Below, in pieces: positions 52,292 through 64,000 of a DNA stretch of 64,000 bases. This stretch comes from Negaprion brevirostris (taxonomy: Eukaryota). The position numbers were made by a program, and so were the translations under genes. The stretch's first letter is position 1. The number at the start of each line of letters is the position of its first letter. The DNA is taken from contig JARDVH010000137.1 of assembly GCA_030324005.1 (NCBI GenBank), positions 23,602,226 through 23,666,225 of the forward strand, written 5' to 3'. The notes beneath the pieces are model-generated. The model worked only from the letters and a program-made list of their open reading frames with translations, was not told the DNA's origin and ran no database searches.

Positions 52292-52395
52292 TCATGAAGA
52301 AAGGAATCCGCCATCCACTGGCAGAGTCACTCCATTTATCATTGCACTTTTGTCACTGAGGAGGAAGATTATCGTATTCACCACATCTTCTACCT
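52292..52395 (-). CDS. DCXR: DCXR coding exon 8 ([34 protein letters not shown])
   Basis: Acceptor ttttatag|, FLLSD and VDGG motifs, TGA stop at 52292-52294. Confidence 0.96.
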
Positions 52396-53095
52396 CTATA
52401 AAAAGAGAAATGCAAACATTAACCATGTGTAATTATCCAGCACAATTGTTAGTATCCAAGTCAATCTGATCAATGGTTTGGAGTGAAATGGGCTCTATGC
52501 ATAAATCAGTGATAGGGGCAGGAGGAGCATTGCTAGACTGAGATCTAGCATATGTTTAGGAGGAAAGAATGGTAACTTAGTCTTTGGTGCTGTGTCACAA
52601 TAAGATATGGGTATCCCCCACACCCGAGAGAGAAAAATCAAGCCATTTCATAAGCTATAGTCCTATTAAAAAATTCTGTCACAATACGCAAAACAGAAAC
52701 TTCATTTAGTACCTGGATAATAATCCTTTCATGTGTAAAACAGAGAGTTTTATCCTCTCATTTGCTACTTTAGTAGTTTTCAGCAGAGTTTCTCTGGATT
52801 GGTGTCACCTGCCTGCTTTCTGGAGTGGTCACTGGCAATTCAATCTGTTTAACTAATTTATAGTTCCTTGTACCAGATACACAAATGAGCACTGTTTAAA
52901 TACAAATAATTGCAGATTGCTGATTTGCCGATTGTAGAAATAATACTAAGCGGCGCCAGGTGGCAACATGAGTCATTACAGAAAAGGACAGAACGTGTCA
53001 TTTTGCAGAACAGTGATGGCCAGGACATCTATATTCCACAGCCAATTCAAGCGGGCTTCAGGATAAGTCAAACATATTTGTATTTAATCGCTCAC

Positions 53096-53213
53096 CTGCA
53101 AATCTGTGCAGTGGGATGCGTGACAACATTCCTTCAGCTTTCGCAGGGTCACTCCACCCAATCCGACCCATTGCAGTCATCACTACAGTGGGGTTCACTG
53201 AATTCACTCTGAT
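53096..53213 (-). CDS. DCXR: DCXR coding exon 7 ([39 protein letters not shown])
   Basis: IRVNxVNP motif, W191; acceptor gcacag|, donor |gtgagc. Confidence 0.96.
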
Positions 53214-53765
53214 CTGTGCCAAAGAAAAGAGAAATTTATTTTAACTGCTTTTTGAACAGATTAGAGAAGCATTAAAATACATCTGGATCTCAAATCTTAA
53301 TTCCAGAAACTTGCCTGCACTTAAGTCTACAGTTGCAGAGCTGGCCAAGTGGAAGGTTATCCAAAGCACTGTTGTCAATGAATCAAATCACCCAAGTACA
53401 GAAACTGGAAAGTTATTGTAATAATTGCAACAATAACTCTCCATAATTCTAAAAGAACAAATAAGAATAGTGTTTTCTAATTCGAGGAGATTGTGTTGAG
53501 TACCCTCTAGTGGGGAAATGCAAAACTGAATCACATCTAAAAGCAGATATATATTAACAGACAGACCAAGCAAACTTGAAGCATCAATAGAAATAGTGGA
53601 ACACATTCATACTGCTCCGTTCCCATTCCAGGTTGTCAGTCACAGAATTTGCCCAACCAAGGGTTTTGCCTTAGTTAAACAGATACAGGTTTCAAGTGAA
53701 AATTCAAAAATTGGAAATTCAACTTGATCCTTATTCTAGAACTTCAGACCAACTTGGACAACCTA

Positions 53766-54203
53766 CAATAAGAACATAAGAAATAGGAGCAGGAGTAGGC
53801 CATCTAGCCCGTCGAGCCTGCCCCGCCATTCAGTAAGATCATGGCTGATCTGTCGTGTCTCAGTTCCACATTCCCGCCCTCTCCCCATNNNNNNNNNNNN
53901 NNNNNNNNNNNNNNNNNNNNNNNNNNNNNNNNNNNNNNNNNNNNNNNNNNNNNNNNNNNNNNNNNNNNNNNNNNNNNNNNNNNNNNNNGTAAATAGCTGA
54001 GGCCCCAGCACCGACCCCTGGGGCACTCCACTAGTCACCAACCGCCAATCCGAACAGCACCCATTGACCCCCACTCTCTGCCTCCTATTTGACAGCCAAT
54101 CCACTATCCACGCTAACACCCTACCACCAACTCCATGCCCCCAACCTTCTGTAACAACCTTTTGTGCGGCACCTTATCAAATGCCTTCTGAAAATCGAGA
54201 AAC
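53766..54203 (-). mobile_element. Young CR1 LINE in DCXR intron 6 (middle in gap)
   Basis: Intact-looking RT stretch WLSNRRQRVGVNG..VTSGVPQGSVLGPQLF; CpGs retained; (acataaga) repeat tail. Confidence 0.9.
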
Positions 54204-54984
54204 AATGCCTTCTGAAAATCAAGAAACAGTCATGACTGGGTAAATTCTACAGTTGCTGTTTCCATGGTCATAGGCGCATGTGATCGTCATACAGGGACAT
54301 AATGAGCTTAAATCGAGAACTTAACAGGAATCAATCAACACAGGAAAAAAACATGTTTGCTCGTTAAAGAAAAAAGAACATGGGTTTCCTGGAATTTCCC
54401 TCAATGGTGGGTGCAGTTTAAAGTTAAAACAATTTTAATAGCACTTTTGTGGTGTTTTTACATGAAAAAGGTCTTATTTTCATGTTATACACTACCTGGA
54501 TGACTGCTGCATGCACTGCACTACCTCACTCCAGCAAACATTTTAATATTTAGAAGCATTTTTACACGATTCTGTGTAATAATAAACCTGTCACTGAATG
54601 CTATCCATTGACAAATTAAGCACTCCCTGTTGTGTAGTGCAAGACTGAACCATTATAAATGTGTTAAGTATTCAAAATTTTTCTTCAATGATTTATATTC
54701 TCTGGTGGTTCAACAAGAGGGGAGAAAAGTATATGGCTGGCTGCAACAAGTAAACATTTTCTAAATCAGTCACACGATTCATACCTTATCCTTTTCTCCA
54801 ATAGCTAGATCAAAAAAAACTACAAATATTCCTCGAATACCAACTGGAAGTCGGGGCAGATGATCCAACTTGTCTGCTACCTGCACAGTCCCTCTTCTGC
54901 CAGCATACTGACTCCAATATGGTTGGAATTCGTTGAAGGACTGGACACCTAGGTTCAAGCACCAATTGGGAAACCAAATGGAAT

Positions 54985-55480
54985 GTTGCCTTCATCACAA
55001 GGAGTGTGGAGTAAAGATATCTGTTTTACAGAGCCCTTGGTGAGGCCTCACCTGAACTGAGCACAGTTTTGCTATAAAGGGAGTGCAATGGAAATTCATC
55101 AGATTAATCCCTGGAATGGCAGGTTTGTTGAGAGATTGAGACTGGGTCCATATTCCCTGTAGGAGGGTTGACCTCATTGAGACTTACAAAATTCTTACCA
55201 GGATCTTGTGTCCACACAAGATACTTCTCCTGCTGGAGAGTCTAAATCAAGGGGATAGTATCTCAGATTAGGGGGGTTGGCCACTTACAACAGATGAGGA
55301 ATTTCTTCACTTGAGGTCTGTGAATCTTTGGAATTGTCTATCCTAAAGAGCAGTGGAAGATCACTTGAGCATGCTCGAGTTGGAAATGGGTATTAATGAC
55401 AAGAGTGGCAGTGCAGATGATCAAATCGAATGGTGGAGCAGGATTGATAAACTGAATGGCCAATGCATGTTCCTATAGAG
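54985..55480 (+). mobile_element. CR1 3' remnant
   Basis: agagcccttggtgaggcctcacctg, gatgaggaatttcttcac, tgaatctttggaatt, CR1 tail. Confidence 0.7.
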
Positions 55481-55618
55481 ATAGGCTCCAAAATCAAGTT
55501 GACCAATCGATAATGTTAAGCCATTCTAGGTGGAGCCGATATCAATGTACCTTTAGAAAGCACAAGGCATTATAGAGTATAATGGTATCAGATGGTGATT
55601 TACATATTTTGTGTTTAC

Positions 55619-55683
55619 CTGGTGTGGTCCCAGCTCAAGTGCCATCATTTTTGTCAGCATATCCACAGCTCCTTTTGAGGCAC
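55619..55683 (-). CDS. DCXR: DCXR coding exon 6 (CASKGAVDMLTKMMALELGPHQ)
   Basis: Completes YxxxK; acceptor tttaaag|, donor |gtaaac. Confidence 0.95.
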
Positions 55684-57626
55684 CTTTAAAAAGCAAAGGT
55701 AAGATGATGCACTTAAGCTAATGTGGCATCAACCAGGAGAACCAACATAACATGTAATCCAGATTAGGTAATTGGAACAACAACTGACTCAAGGAGACAG
55801 CACAACAGCCAAGGTGCCCAGCATCCTTTGTCATTTAGTATGTGGACAAGAACAGACTGAGGAGGTACTAGGAGGTCAACTGACCATGGAAGATGTTTAC
55901 CCAACATCCCCAGCTGGATTCACAAAGTACTCACTAGGGTAAGGTGCCTGAAAGTTGTCATTTCTGTTCTATTGCACTTCAGAAGTCAGGAGAGAAGATC
56001 AGCAATTAGACATATTAAACTCTGAATGAGAAAGCAGCAGTTGCCATTAAAACTAGGTGATGAGGGAGCAAAGTACATGTAAATAATTCCTACAATAAGT
56101 ATGCCTTGTCAAACCAGTTGTTTCAACAGATCACTCCTTTCGAAACTGACATTTGCAGTTGCAAAGGAAAAGAATAGATGTCAAGGTTCCTACACCTGCT
56201 GCATGAATAGAAACAAAAAATCTCAATGCATGAAGCATAATCAGGCATAACTTTAAAATGTATTAAATCAAGCTACATTTATTGATAAGCAATGATAGTA
56301 GCAGGCAATAGCCATGACTAAACAATCATTTAAGTGTCAGCTTGCCACAGTTGATAGCAATCTCCCTCCCTGTTTTAAGATCAGGGGAAGGGGGCTCTAA
56401 TCAAGTCCCTACCCAAACACAATATCCAGGCTGACAATGCAACACAAGGTACTGTTACCATTCTAAGATGATAACATATCAAGACCACATTTGCCTATTC
56501 CTACAGGCATTATATAGAATAGATAGCTCCCAAAAACATGTTCAGTCACATTAATGGCAATTACTTGACTTTATATAGCTGCTCATCAGGTCTCAGTATG
56601 TCCTAAAGCTGTGCAAAGATTTCAACACTGAAAAGACCTATAAACTTTCCCATTGCTGTCTTGAAGAATCACACTATTCAACCAAACTAACATAAAAGAC
56701 CATGTATTATCTTTGTCAGTGACTAAAATCCACCAGCGTAGATGGACATATCGGTCCAAAACTAATAGCCAGTTTTCTTTTCTAGCTGCAAAATTTCTAA
56801 TTCCAAACTGACTTTCATTTAAGGTTACCCTGGAGATTTCTCCCTGGCCAAAGCTAACTGAATCTTCCAGCCTCATTTAAATTCTCAGACTTGGACTATT
56901 CAGTCTAATTGCAAATTCCCTCCCATATTGTGTTATAACAACCAACATTTTCTCTGCTTCAGCTATAGAACTGGCTGCCTCTGAGTTCCAAGGAGTTCAA
57001 ACCCCACACACTGATACTAGTGATATACTGTGAACTCTATTCCTACTCCTACCTCAAAGTCCATGGCTATAACGACATAAACCTTGCCTCCAGATAGAAA
57101 TATCCAGGTAGTTGGCCTCTGGACCTCCCAACTCCATTACATATTGAAACTAAATAGACAGACAATTAAATATTTATAAAATCTGACATTCCTCACCAGA
57201 ATTTGGAGATCACATGACTCCCTTCATTCCACCTTTGACCAGAACACAAAACCTCACTTTTGTTTAAGAGCAGTTCTGCTACAATAAAATGAAACTAAAA
57301 ATCATATTAAAATCAATTAAATTTGCAGCATAATTTTCACTCTTGCTCAGTGTATTGCTGAATCAGGATTAGGCGTCAGTGATTTTCTTCCCATTGATTC
57401 TCAGCCTTGACAGTACACTATTCCAGACCTACAGATCAGATGCTGTCAAGGCAGCAAAAGCACTATTAATTTTTTTTGCTAATAATGGTATCTTCCGAAG
57501 CATTCCAACTATTAAAAAAATAAGTGTAATGGCAAACGTCCTCTTACTCAGGTTATGTGCTACCAATTTCAAAATGACACAAAAGGACTCACATAAATGA
57601 ACGTTCAAGCAATAGATAGAACTCAC

Positions 57627-57726
57627 AGTATACAGTGTGGTCTCTTAGAGCACACTGAGACGCCTGGCTTGAGACGTTCACGATAGCACCACCTTCTCCA
57701 CGACACACCATCCCCTTTGCAATTAT
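57627..57726 (-). CDS. DCXR: DCXR coding exon 5 ([33 protein letters not shown])
   Basis: GAIVNVSS motif, donor |gtgagt, acceptor aaaaaag|. Confidence 0.94.
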
Positions 57727-58809
57727 CTTTTTTTAAAAGAGGGAATTATTAGTGACAACTTAATTACTAACAATCAAAATAGTTTTATTCACTGTACTGA
57801 CTCATTTTTAATAAATCTTCACATTCCAGATTTAAGTTGCTTCTGAAAGGGCTGAAGTAATGATCTGTATAAGTGCTGCAGAAATACCAACAGCTGAGTT
57901 GTGAGATTCAGATGGTGTGGCAGCACTACATATAGTGCTCTGCAGTGTTGCAAGATACAAATTTATGCTTGCAACTCTCAGCAGCCTCCTGATCTCCTGC
58001 GGCTTTGTGAAAGAGATGAAGGCAACACAGGTTCTTCCCATCACTCATACAGGCAGTCTGCATACTTCAAAAACACTGGATTTCAAGCAGCACAGGGGTC
58101 TCAGCAGATCCTGAATCCAACTCAATTCATTGTGGAAGAGAGACCAAATTCAGCTCATGGTGGAAGAGGGCCATATTACCCTCCTAGCAAATAGAATTTG
58201 GTAAAACACTTGTTCACAAGGGACAAGATCTTAGCTGCAGCTGCAGCTCCATGAAGCTCCATGTTCAGCTTCTGACAGGGATCGAGTATTTGCTGCTGAA
58301 AGTACATTAGGCAAGGATAGAGTGAGCTTAGGCTGACAGCCTGTAGNNNNNNNNNNGTAGAGACATGCCCTCCTACACAAGGACTAGTCACTAGTTCTGG
58401 ATACTAGACATCAGTCACAGTGTGGCATCAAACCAGAAGAGCCCTCATCACTATTTGGCTGAAAAGAATGGTGTTAGTGTTACAATACAACACAATAACT
58501 CAGCATTCACTGCTTAGGTGAATGAGGTCCTTTCACTGACAGAGGAGACTCTCTGCCAGTTAGGCCACTTTTAAAATCAGTTCCAATTAATCAGAAAAGT
58601 TGATTTTAGTCATTTATTACATTTTTATTTGGACATCACTATTCTGGGGCATGGATCAACCTGCAGTGACACACAACTTCATAAGTTGCAAATCCCTACA
58701 TCTATCCCATCATTTATGCCAAGAGTAAAGTGATTTGCATAATTGCAGCAGTCAGGTTACCCATTCACAATAGTGGTCACCCAACAGCTTCACTTTGGTC
58801 TCTTTTAAG

Positions 58810-59060
58810 GTACTGTGAATATCTCCTAGTCACCACACTCTGGCACCTGTTTGGGTACACTGAGGGAGAATTTAGCATAGCCAAAGGACCTAACCAGCGC
58901 ATCTTTCNNNNNNNNNNNNNNNNNNNNNNNNNNNNNNNNNNNNNNNNNNNNNNNNNNNNNNAATGTGCAGACTCCACACAGACAGTGACCCCAGTCAGGA
59001 ACTGAACCTAGAATCCCGGCACCGTGAGGCAGCAGTGCTAACCACCATGCCACGGTGCCA
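58810..59060 (-). mobile_element. V-SINE, alternative-tail subfamily
   Basis: Head gtgaggcagcagtgctaaccaccatgccac; tail homologous to 30520-30580. Confidence 0.8.
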
Positions 59061-59313
59061 TCCAGGACTAAGTAGGGTTTTCTGAACCAACATGCAAGTT
59101 TACCTTGTTTAGTTGGAGAGGTCCTATTTGAACTCGGTTCTCCAAAATCCCTTGCATCACCTGTAACCTACCACAAAATGTTTGTCCCCTAATCCCCAGC
59201 CCTAACCCAAGCCCATTCTCTTTAAGTACTCTATGAAAGTGATAAAATCCTCTTGCAAGTAAGAACAAAACCATTTAAATAGAAGTCCAGCAAAGATACA
59301 ACAGTGTTCTTAC

Positions 59314-59356
59314 CTGTGAAACATGCAACAGTGCTTTCACATTAACATCAAATACT
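59314..59356 (-). CDS. DCXR: DCXR coding exon 4 (KVFDVNVKALLHVSQ)
   Basis: Acceptor ttttcag|, donor |gtaaga; conserved Asn107. Confidence 0.94.
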
Positions 59357-59859
59357 CTGAAAAATCAGATAAGACGACACAGGTTACCAAGTAAGTTGGC
59401 CAATCATTATTTTCCAGCTACTCAGCACTGCAGATTGTACCCCTGACGGCAGGAACCACACAGGCACTCGATCTTTTAAGGATTTAAGCCTCCTAGGTTC
59501 ACATGTCCATCACCTGATGCACTGTTGGCCCTTTTATTTTAAACCCATCCAGAGACTACTCCCTTCCCACAATCCTCCTCCATCTACTGAGATACCCATC
59601 ATTTCTTTAACTTTGTATCATTATGTGACTTTTCAGCCCATCAAGGCAATGCTGGTTCTTTGAAGAGCAATTTCCTCACTCCAACCTCAGGTCCCCAAAA
59701 CCCAAATAGCCTCCAATTTTCTTTTTGAAATCACAGTCTCTTTCACCATTTTTGTTAGGCAACAAATTTAGAAACATTCTTCCTCACGTTCCCTTACATT
59801 TCTTGCAGACTTTAAATCTGTATTCCATACACCTTGCACCAACAAATCCTCACCCACCT

Positions 59860-60115
59860 CCAACAAAGTGTGAGGTAATTCACTTTGGTAGGAATAACAG
59901 ATGTGTCGAGTATAGGGCTAACGGGAGGACTTTGAANNNNNNNNNNNNNNNNNNNNNNNNNNNNNNNNNNNNNNNNNNNNNNNNNNNNNNNNNNNNNNNN
60001 NNNNNNNNNNNNNNNNNNNNNNNNNNNNNNNNNNNNGGGTCATTGTTTTTTTAACTGGTCGGCGCAACATCGTGGGCCGAAGGGCCTGTTCTGCGCTGTA
60101 ATGTTCTATGTTCAT
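59860..60115 (+). mobile_element. Young CR1 LINE (middle in gap)
   Basis: KCEVIHFGRNN; tail gcgcaacatcgtgggccgaagggcctgttctgcgctgtaatgttctatgttc. Confidence 0.85.
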
Positions 60116-60256
60116 TCAAAAGGAAAACAAACTAGTTTCTCAAACCTAGTCTTGTACTTAAAATCTGATCCCTGAAACTGTTCTATTAAATCTCTGCACC
60201 CTCTTAGGGAACTCATTTTTTAAAAATGGTTTTCAGAATTGGACAATACTCTATTT

Positions 60257-60362
60257 GGGAGCAGCACTCCGAAAGCTTGTGATTCCAAATAAACCTGTTG
60301 GACTTTAACCTGGTTGAGAGACTTCTTACTGTGCCCACCCCAGTCCAACATCTGCATCTCCA
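60257..60362 (+). mobile_element. Penelope-like repeat, 5'-truncated within the hammerhead motif
   Basis: GGAGcagcaCTCCGAAAgctt...aataaacctgttggactttaacctgg...ccccagtccaac. Confidence 0.7.
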
Positions 60363-61199
60363 ACTCATCTGTACCTCTTCAGCACCATCCTGCCCCTTGC
60401 TATTTACATGTAGAAGATTGTTATGCCAGCTAGCATTTTACTCACATTCTCTTTGCAATCTTACTTTCCTCTTCATTTCCCCTTCTCAACTTATTACATT
60501 GGAATTCACTTAACATGCGTCATACATCCACCATATATTGTATCATAACGGACCCCATGTTTGCTCCCCCAATCTTTCACTTGTTGGAAAATACCGAGCC
60601 TCTACCCAAAACATCTCCTTAAAAGCCTCATCGACAGTTCCATTTGTGAAATTTCATGTCAGTTTCTGGCTCATTACACCCCTGGTTTGATCCCTTCAGT
60701 TCACTGAAATTAATCCTCTTTCAAGTTTTACTTTGCAATAGTCCTTTTCTTTGTTCCATTACCAAATCTTCCTGATATCATGATCACTCTTATCCAAATA
60801 TTCCACCCACCAATACGATTTTCAGAATTTCCTTTCCCCCCTACCCCAATCTATACTTGGGAAATTAAAATACCCCCAATATTATCACAATAGTTCATCC
60901 ACTTCCCTTGCTCAATATTTGGACTATAGAATACATCACCAATGCAAGCCTTTTTGCTTGCCAAAAATCAAATGGATTGTCATGCTCCTGTCTTTCCAAT
61001 ATTACAACAACACTGCAGCCCCACTGCCCTTTTCCCCTTCCCTACCCTTTGAATATTATTGCCGCAACATCCTGTCCCCACATCTACTGCGCTAATAAAG
61101 GTCATGCAGTGGTCTTGGAAATAGTGCTACACTTAAGAGCATTCCTTTTATTATTAATAGCAAGACTGTAGATAATTCACAACTTTGTTCATTGCAAGG

Positions 61200-61490
61200 G
61201 AATATATTAAGATGTAAGGGTGTGAGGAAAGGTTTAGAGGAGATGTGCGAGGCTTTTTTTTTTGTTTTACACAAAGGGTGATGAATTCCTGGAGCGTGCT
61301 GCCCGAGGTGGTGGGGGGAGCAGGCATGATAGCAGCATTTAAGGGGCATCTAGATGAATACATGAATAGGATGGGAATGAAAGGATACGGATTCCGTAAG
61401 TGCATTTGGGTTTGATATTTAGGCAGGCATCATGATGCAGGTTTGGAGAGCAGAAGGGACTGTTCCTGTACCGTATGATTCTTTGTTCCT
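61200..61490 (+). mobile_element. CR1 3' end
   Basis: acacaaagggtgatgaattcctgga..ctgcccgagg..gcatttaaggggcatctagatgaatacatgaatagg; tail. Confidence 0.75.
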
Positions 61491-61725
61491 TATATGGCTT
61501 TTGTTTTCAATGAGAGTCAAACCTCACCACTGAAGAGCAGTCAGCAACTGCCCAAGGGTAGGAATGTTCTTTCAGATGTTATTCAGGCTGTTGAAATACA
61601 TTTAGATAATTTAACCAAACACAAATGAACAATCATTGTAGAGCATTTGAATATTTATTGCCAAATTTCAAATTACACACCAGCTTCTTAAATAGGTAAG
61701 ATTTTGCAAAGGTGATTTTACATAC

Positions 61726-61880
61726 TTATCAAATGCATCTTGTGTGACGCTCAAAAATGGCTGCAAAATTGCGACAGCAGCATTGTTCACCAAAAGATCT
61801 ATTCGACCTATATCCTTCAGAGCACTTTCTGTAGCTTCCCAGTTACTGATGTCCACGCAAATAGTCAACATTTTAGGACA
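61726..61880 (-). CDS. DCXR: DCXR coding exon 3 ([51 protein letters not shown])
   Basis: Acceptor cttctag|, donor |gtatgt; DLLVNNAA; matches ORF 61668..61871. Confidence 0.96.
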
Positions 61881-62237
61881 CTAGAAGACAAACCAATATT
61901 CCAATGGGTAAGCTTATTTATGGCAATGCGTTACTGAAAAGAATGGTGCAAAACTGAGTAAACAAATCTTCAGCGCAGAGTTAATGTACCAGGTCAACAA
62001 AAGGTCACCTGATCTGAAAGATTACTTCATTTCTCTCCCCACAGATTCTGCCTGACTGAATATTTGAATACTCCCAGCATTTTCTGCTATTATTTGATTT
62101 CCAAAACTATCAAAAGCAGGACTCAGAACAGACGACTTTTTATAAACTAACTTGAACAATTATTTCCTCCATCAGGATTCAAAACCTGTTTACTTCAGAA
62201 GGTCAGTTTAAGCTCTGTATAACCAATTTCTACACAC

Positions 62238-62335
62238 CTCCTGAACAAGGCTGTCCAAGTCAGATTGGGTCCTGGTTAATGCAATAACTTCTGTGCCACA
62301 TGCAAGTAGGGCCTTAGCAGTGGCTCTGCCAATAC
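62238..62335 (-). CDS. DCXR: DCXR coding exon 2 (GIGRATAKALLACGTEVIALTRTQSDLDSLVQE)
   Basis: Acceptor tttcag|, donor |gtgtgt; T38-R39 NADPH-type residues. Confidence 0.95.
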
Positions 62336-63648
62336 CTGAAACACAAACATTACTTACTGTGAAATTAATAATAAATATTCAATTTACTTAACAACCCACC
62401 CCACTCACTAACTTCAAGCATTCAATACTTGTCCCCTACACAGAGATTGACCCATTCACATGCAGTGGAAAGCCAGTGGATACCCCTCCCTCAAAACAAG
62501 GGCAATGAAATTAAAACCAAACTCATCCCACCAGAGCAGGAGATTGGAAAAATTAGATTTGCAGCCTAGAAATGGTGCAGCAGTTTAAAAAGTTACTTTA
62601 AAAACTAACACATTAAAAAAAATTCAACAGAACTTCTGACTTAAAACTAGAAACATAGTATCCAAAAACAAAATTTAAGACAAAATCAAGTATACAAAAA
62701 TAAAATTAAGACAAAATCATTGGCTTCTAGATAAATAATTCCACTAGTCTAACAACTGTGACTCTTGGTACATTAGAATCTTTCTGGATGAAAGGTTTAA
62801 GAAAGCTTAGGTAGCGTAAGTAATAACAACACATGGAACTTTGGTTCACAAGTTCATAAAGTAACAAGAATGCTTATATCTGGTAATAGATTACTAGGAA
62901 GTAGAATTCTGCAGCCTCACAAACACCATATGCAATCCTGCATATGTCAGCTATTAGATGAATCAGGGAGTTTACCCATTCCATGATCCATCAGTAAAAA
63001 TCGCTGAGCTTGGTGAAGGCAGCCATCAACAGATCTAGGCAGTAGGGGATTTACTGTCCACCCTTGCCTGGGTGTCCCTGAAAATGGATCAGTGGTACAT
63101 GCAAGTCCATCCCAATTAGTGGATGGGCGTTCAATAACATAATTATGAAACACCTGTAATAAACCAACACAAGGAACATTATAAAATTTAATACCAAACA
63201 ACATAAGATCTTGAAAAGGAGCACATAAGCTATTAGGACAGGACAAAAAGTAGACTTTAAAAGAAGCAAAACAGAGGAAGAAATAAAAGCTAGAGAGGCA
63301 GATATAGAGAAGGAAATTCAGAACTTAGGCTCAAGACACAGGGACCATTGATGAGGCGATTAAAATTATAGGTGCTCAAGAGGGATACAGACACAGAGCA
63401 CATGAGATTCAAATCCTATTCCCCTATATTTCCTTTCAGTATTTATTTTAGCTTATGCTTTATTAGTGGCTGCCCCCAAACAGTGGAGTGGAGAGGGGCA
63501 CTTTAATTGCAATGTAATTGATAGTGTGTCAGTGCGAGTTAGTGTAAAGGGTTTAGAGAGAGTGAGGTTGCAGGAGGAGCTCCAGAGTCCAGCTCCCTGA
63601 GGCCGAGGCCTGCCAGGCTTCCCCCGGGCCTTTCCTGGCCAGGCTTAC

Positions 63649-63700
63649 CTTTGCCAGCGCCCGTCACCAGGGCCCGTTTATGGGCCAAAGTCCTCTCCAT
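63649..63700 (-). CDS. DCXR: DCXR coding exon 1 (MERTLAHKRALVTGAGK)
   Basis: ATG (cat 63698-63700), Rossmann TGAGKG, donor |gtaagc. Confidence 0.93.
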
Positions 63701-63800
63701 CCGCCTGGTGAGAATTGAAACGGGATGCCGGTGCCGAGCAGGCTCTGGATTAAACTTTTGTGTGTTTTTCTCTCACTACATCCTACCCCCTCTCACTGCC

Positions 63801-63877
63801 TTTATAACTGGCAGCAATTCACACTGCGATTGGTTAAAGCAGCTCCAGCTCCACCCCTCTTAAAAGGCACCGCCCCC
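63801..63877 (-). promoter_or_regulatory. Candidate DCXR core promoter: TATA, CCAAT and GC boxes
   Basis: On - strand: GGGGGCGG (63870-63877), CCAAT (63829-63833), TATAAA (63801-63806), in canonical order about 100 nt upstream of the ATG, next to a CpG-rich exon 1. Confidence 0.6.
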
Positions 63878-64000
63878 ACCATCTCACTGCGTCCCTTGTT
63901 CAATATAAGTTAGAACTTTAGAACAAATACATTCTTGCCTGTTTGCAAAACAGTTGTATTTTTTTCATCCTGAAGGCCAATCCTTCTTTATTACATGACA

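Larger units (their letters stand above)
52292..63700 (-). other. DCXR: DCXR gene span (dicarbonyl/L-xylulose reductase, SDR family); 8 coding exons, 244 aa
   Basis: Exons 52+98+155+43+100+65+118+104 = 735 nt in frame; TGAGKGIG, NNAA, S136, YCASK (Y149/K153) motifs; length equals human DCXR. Confidence 0.94.

Noticed and set aside
52158-53212. Antisense ORFs over DCXR exons 7-8 (52158..52469, 52910..53212 on +)
   Set aside because: Non-ATG starts; open frames opposite real exons are expected by chance

Overview
Vertebrate genomic DNA, most likely a shark or other elasmobranch, judging by HE1/V-SINE-like SINEs, abundant CR1/HER1-type LINE debris and Penelope-like repeats. It comes from a gappy assembly with 14 N-runs. 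Two complete multi-exon genes were reconstructed by hand with all GT-AG junctions in frame. RAC3 is on + (6 coding exons, 12189..36798, 579 nt, 192 aa, ending [10 protein letters not shown]). DCXR/L-xylulose reductase is on - (8 coding exons, 63700..52292, 735 nt, 244 aa). They lie tail-to-tail, as at human 17q25.3. Nearly all entries in the ORF track are spurious or retroelement fragments. The rest is intronic or intergenic sequence with CR1 LINEs, at least three SINE types, an RT-deleted Gypsy-type LTR element in RAC3 intron 1, a probable solo LTR, Penelope-like remnants with hammerhead-ribozyme relics, and a G-rich minisatellite at the RAC3 promoter. I found no clearly new multi-gene system. 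The best leads are: (i) a duplicated RAC3 3'-end segment in which one copy ends in a genomic A-run at the predicted cleavage site and the other keeps the GU-rich downstream element; (ii) a Rac3 with a Rac1-like uninterrupted polybasic tail; (iii) hammerhead-bearing Penelope relics. Repeat family names come from recalled consensus sequences, not database searches, and repeat boundaries are approximate.
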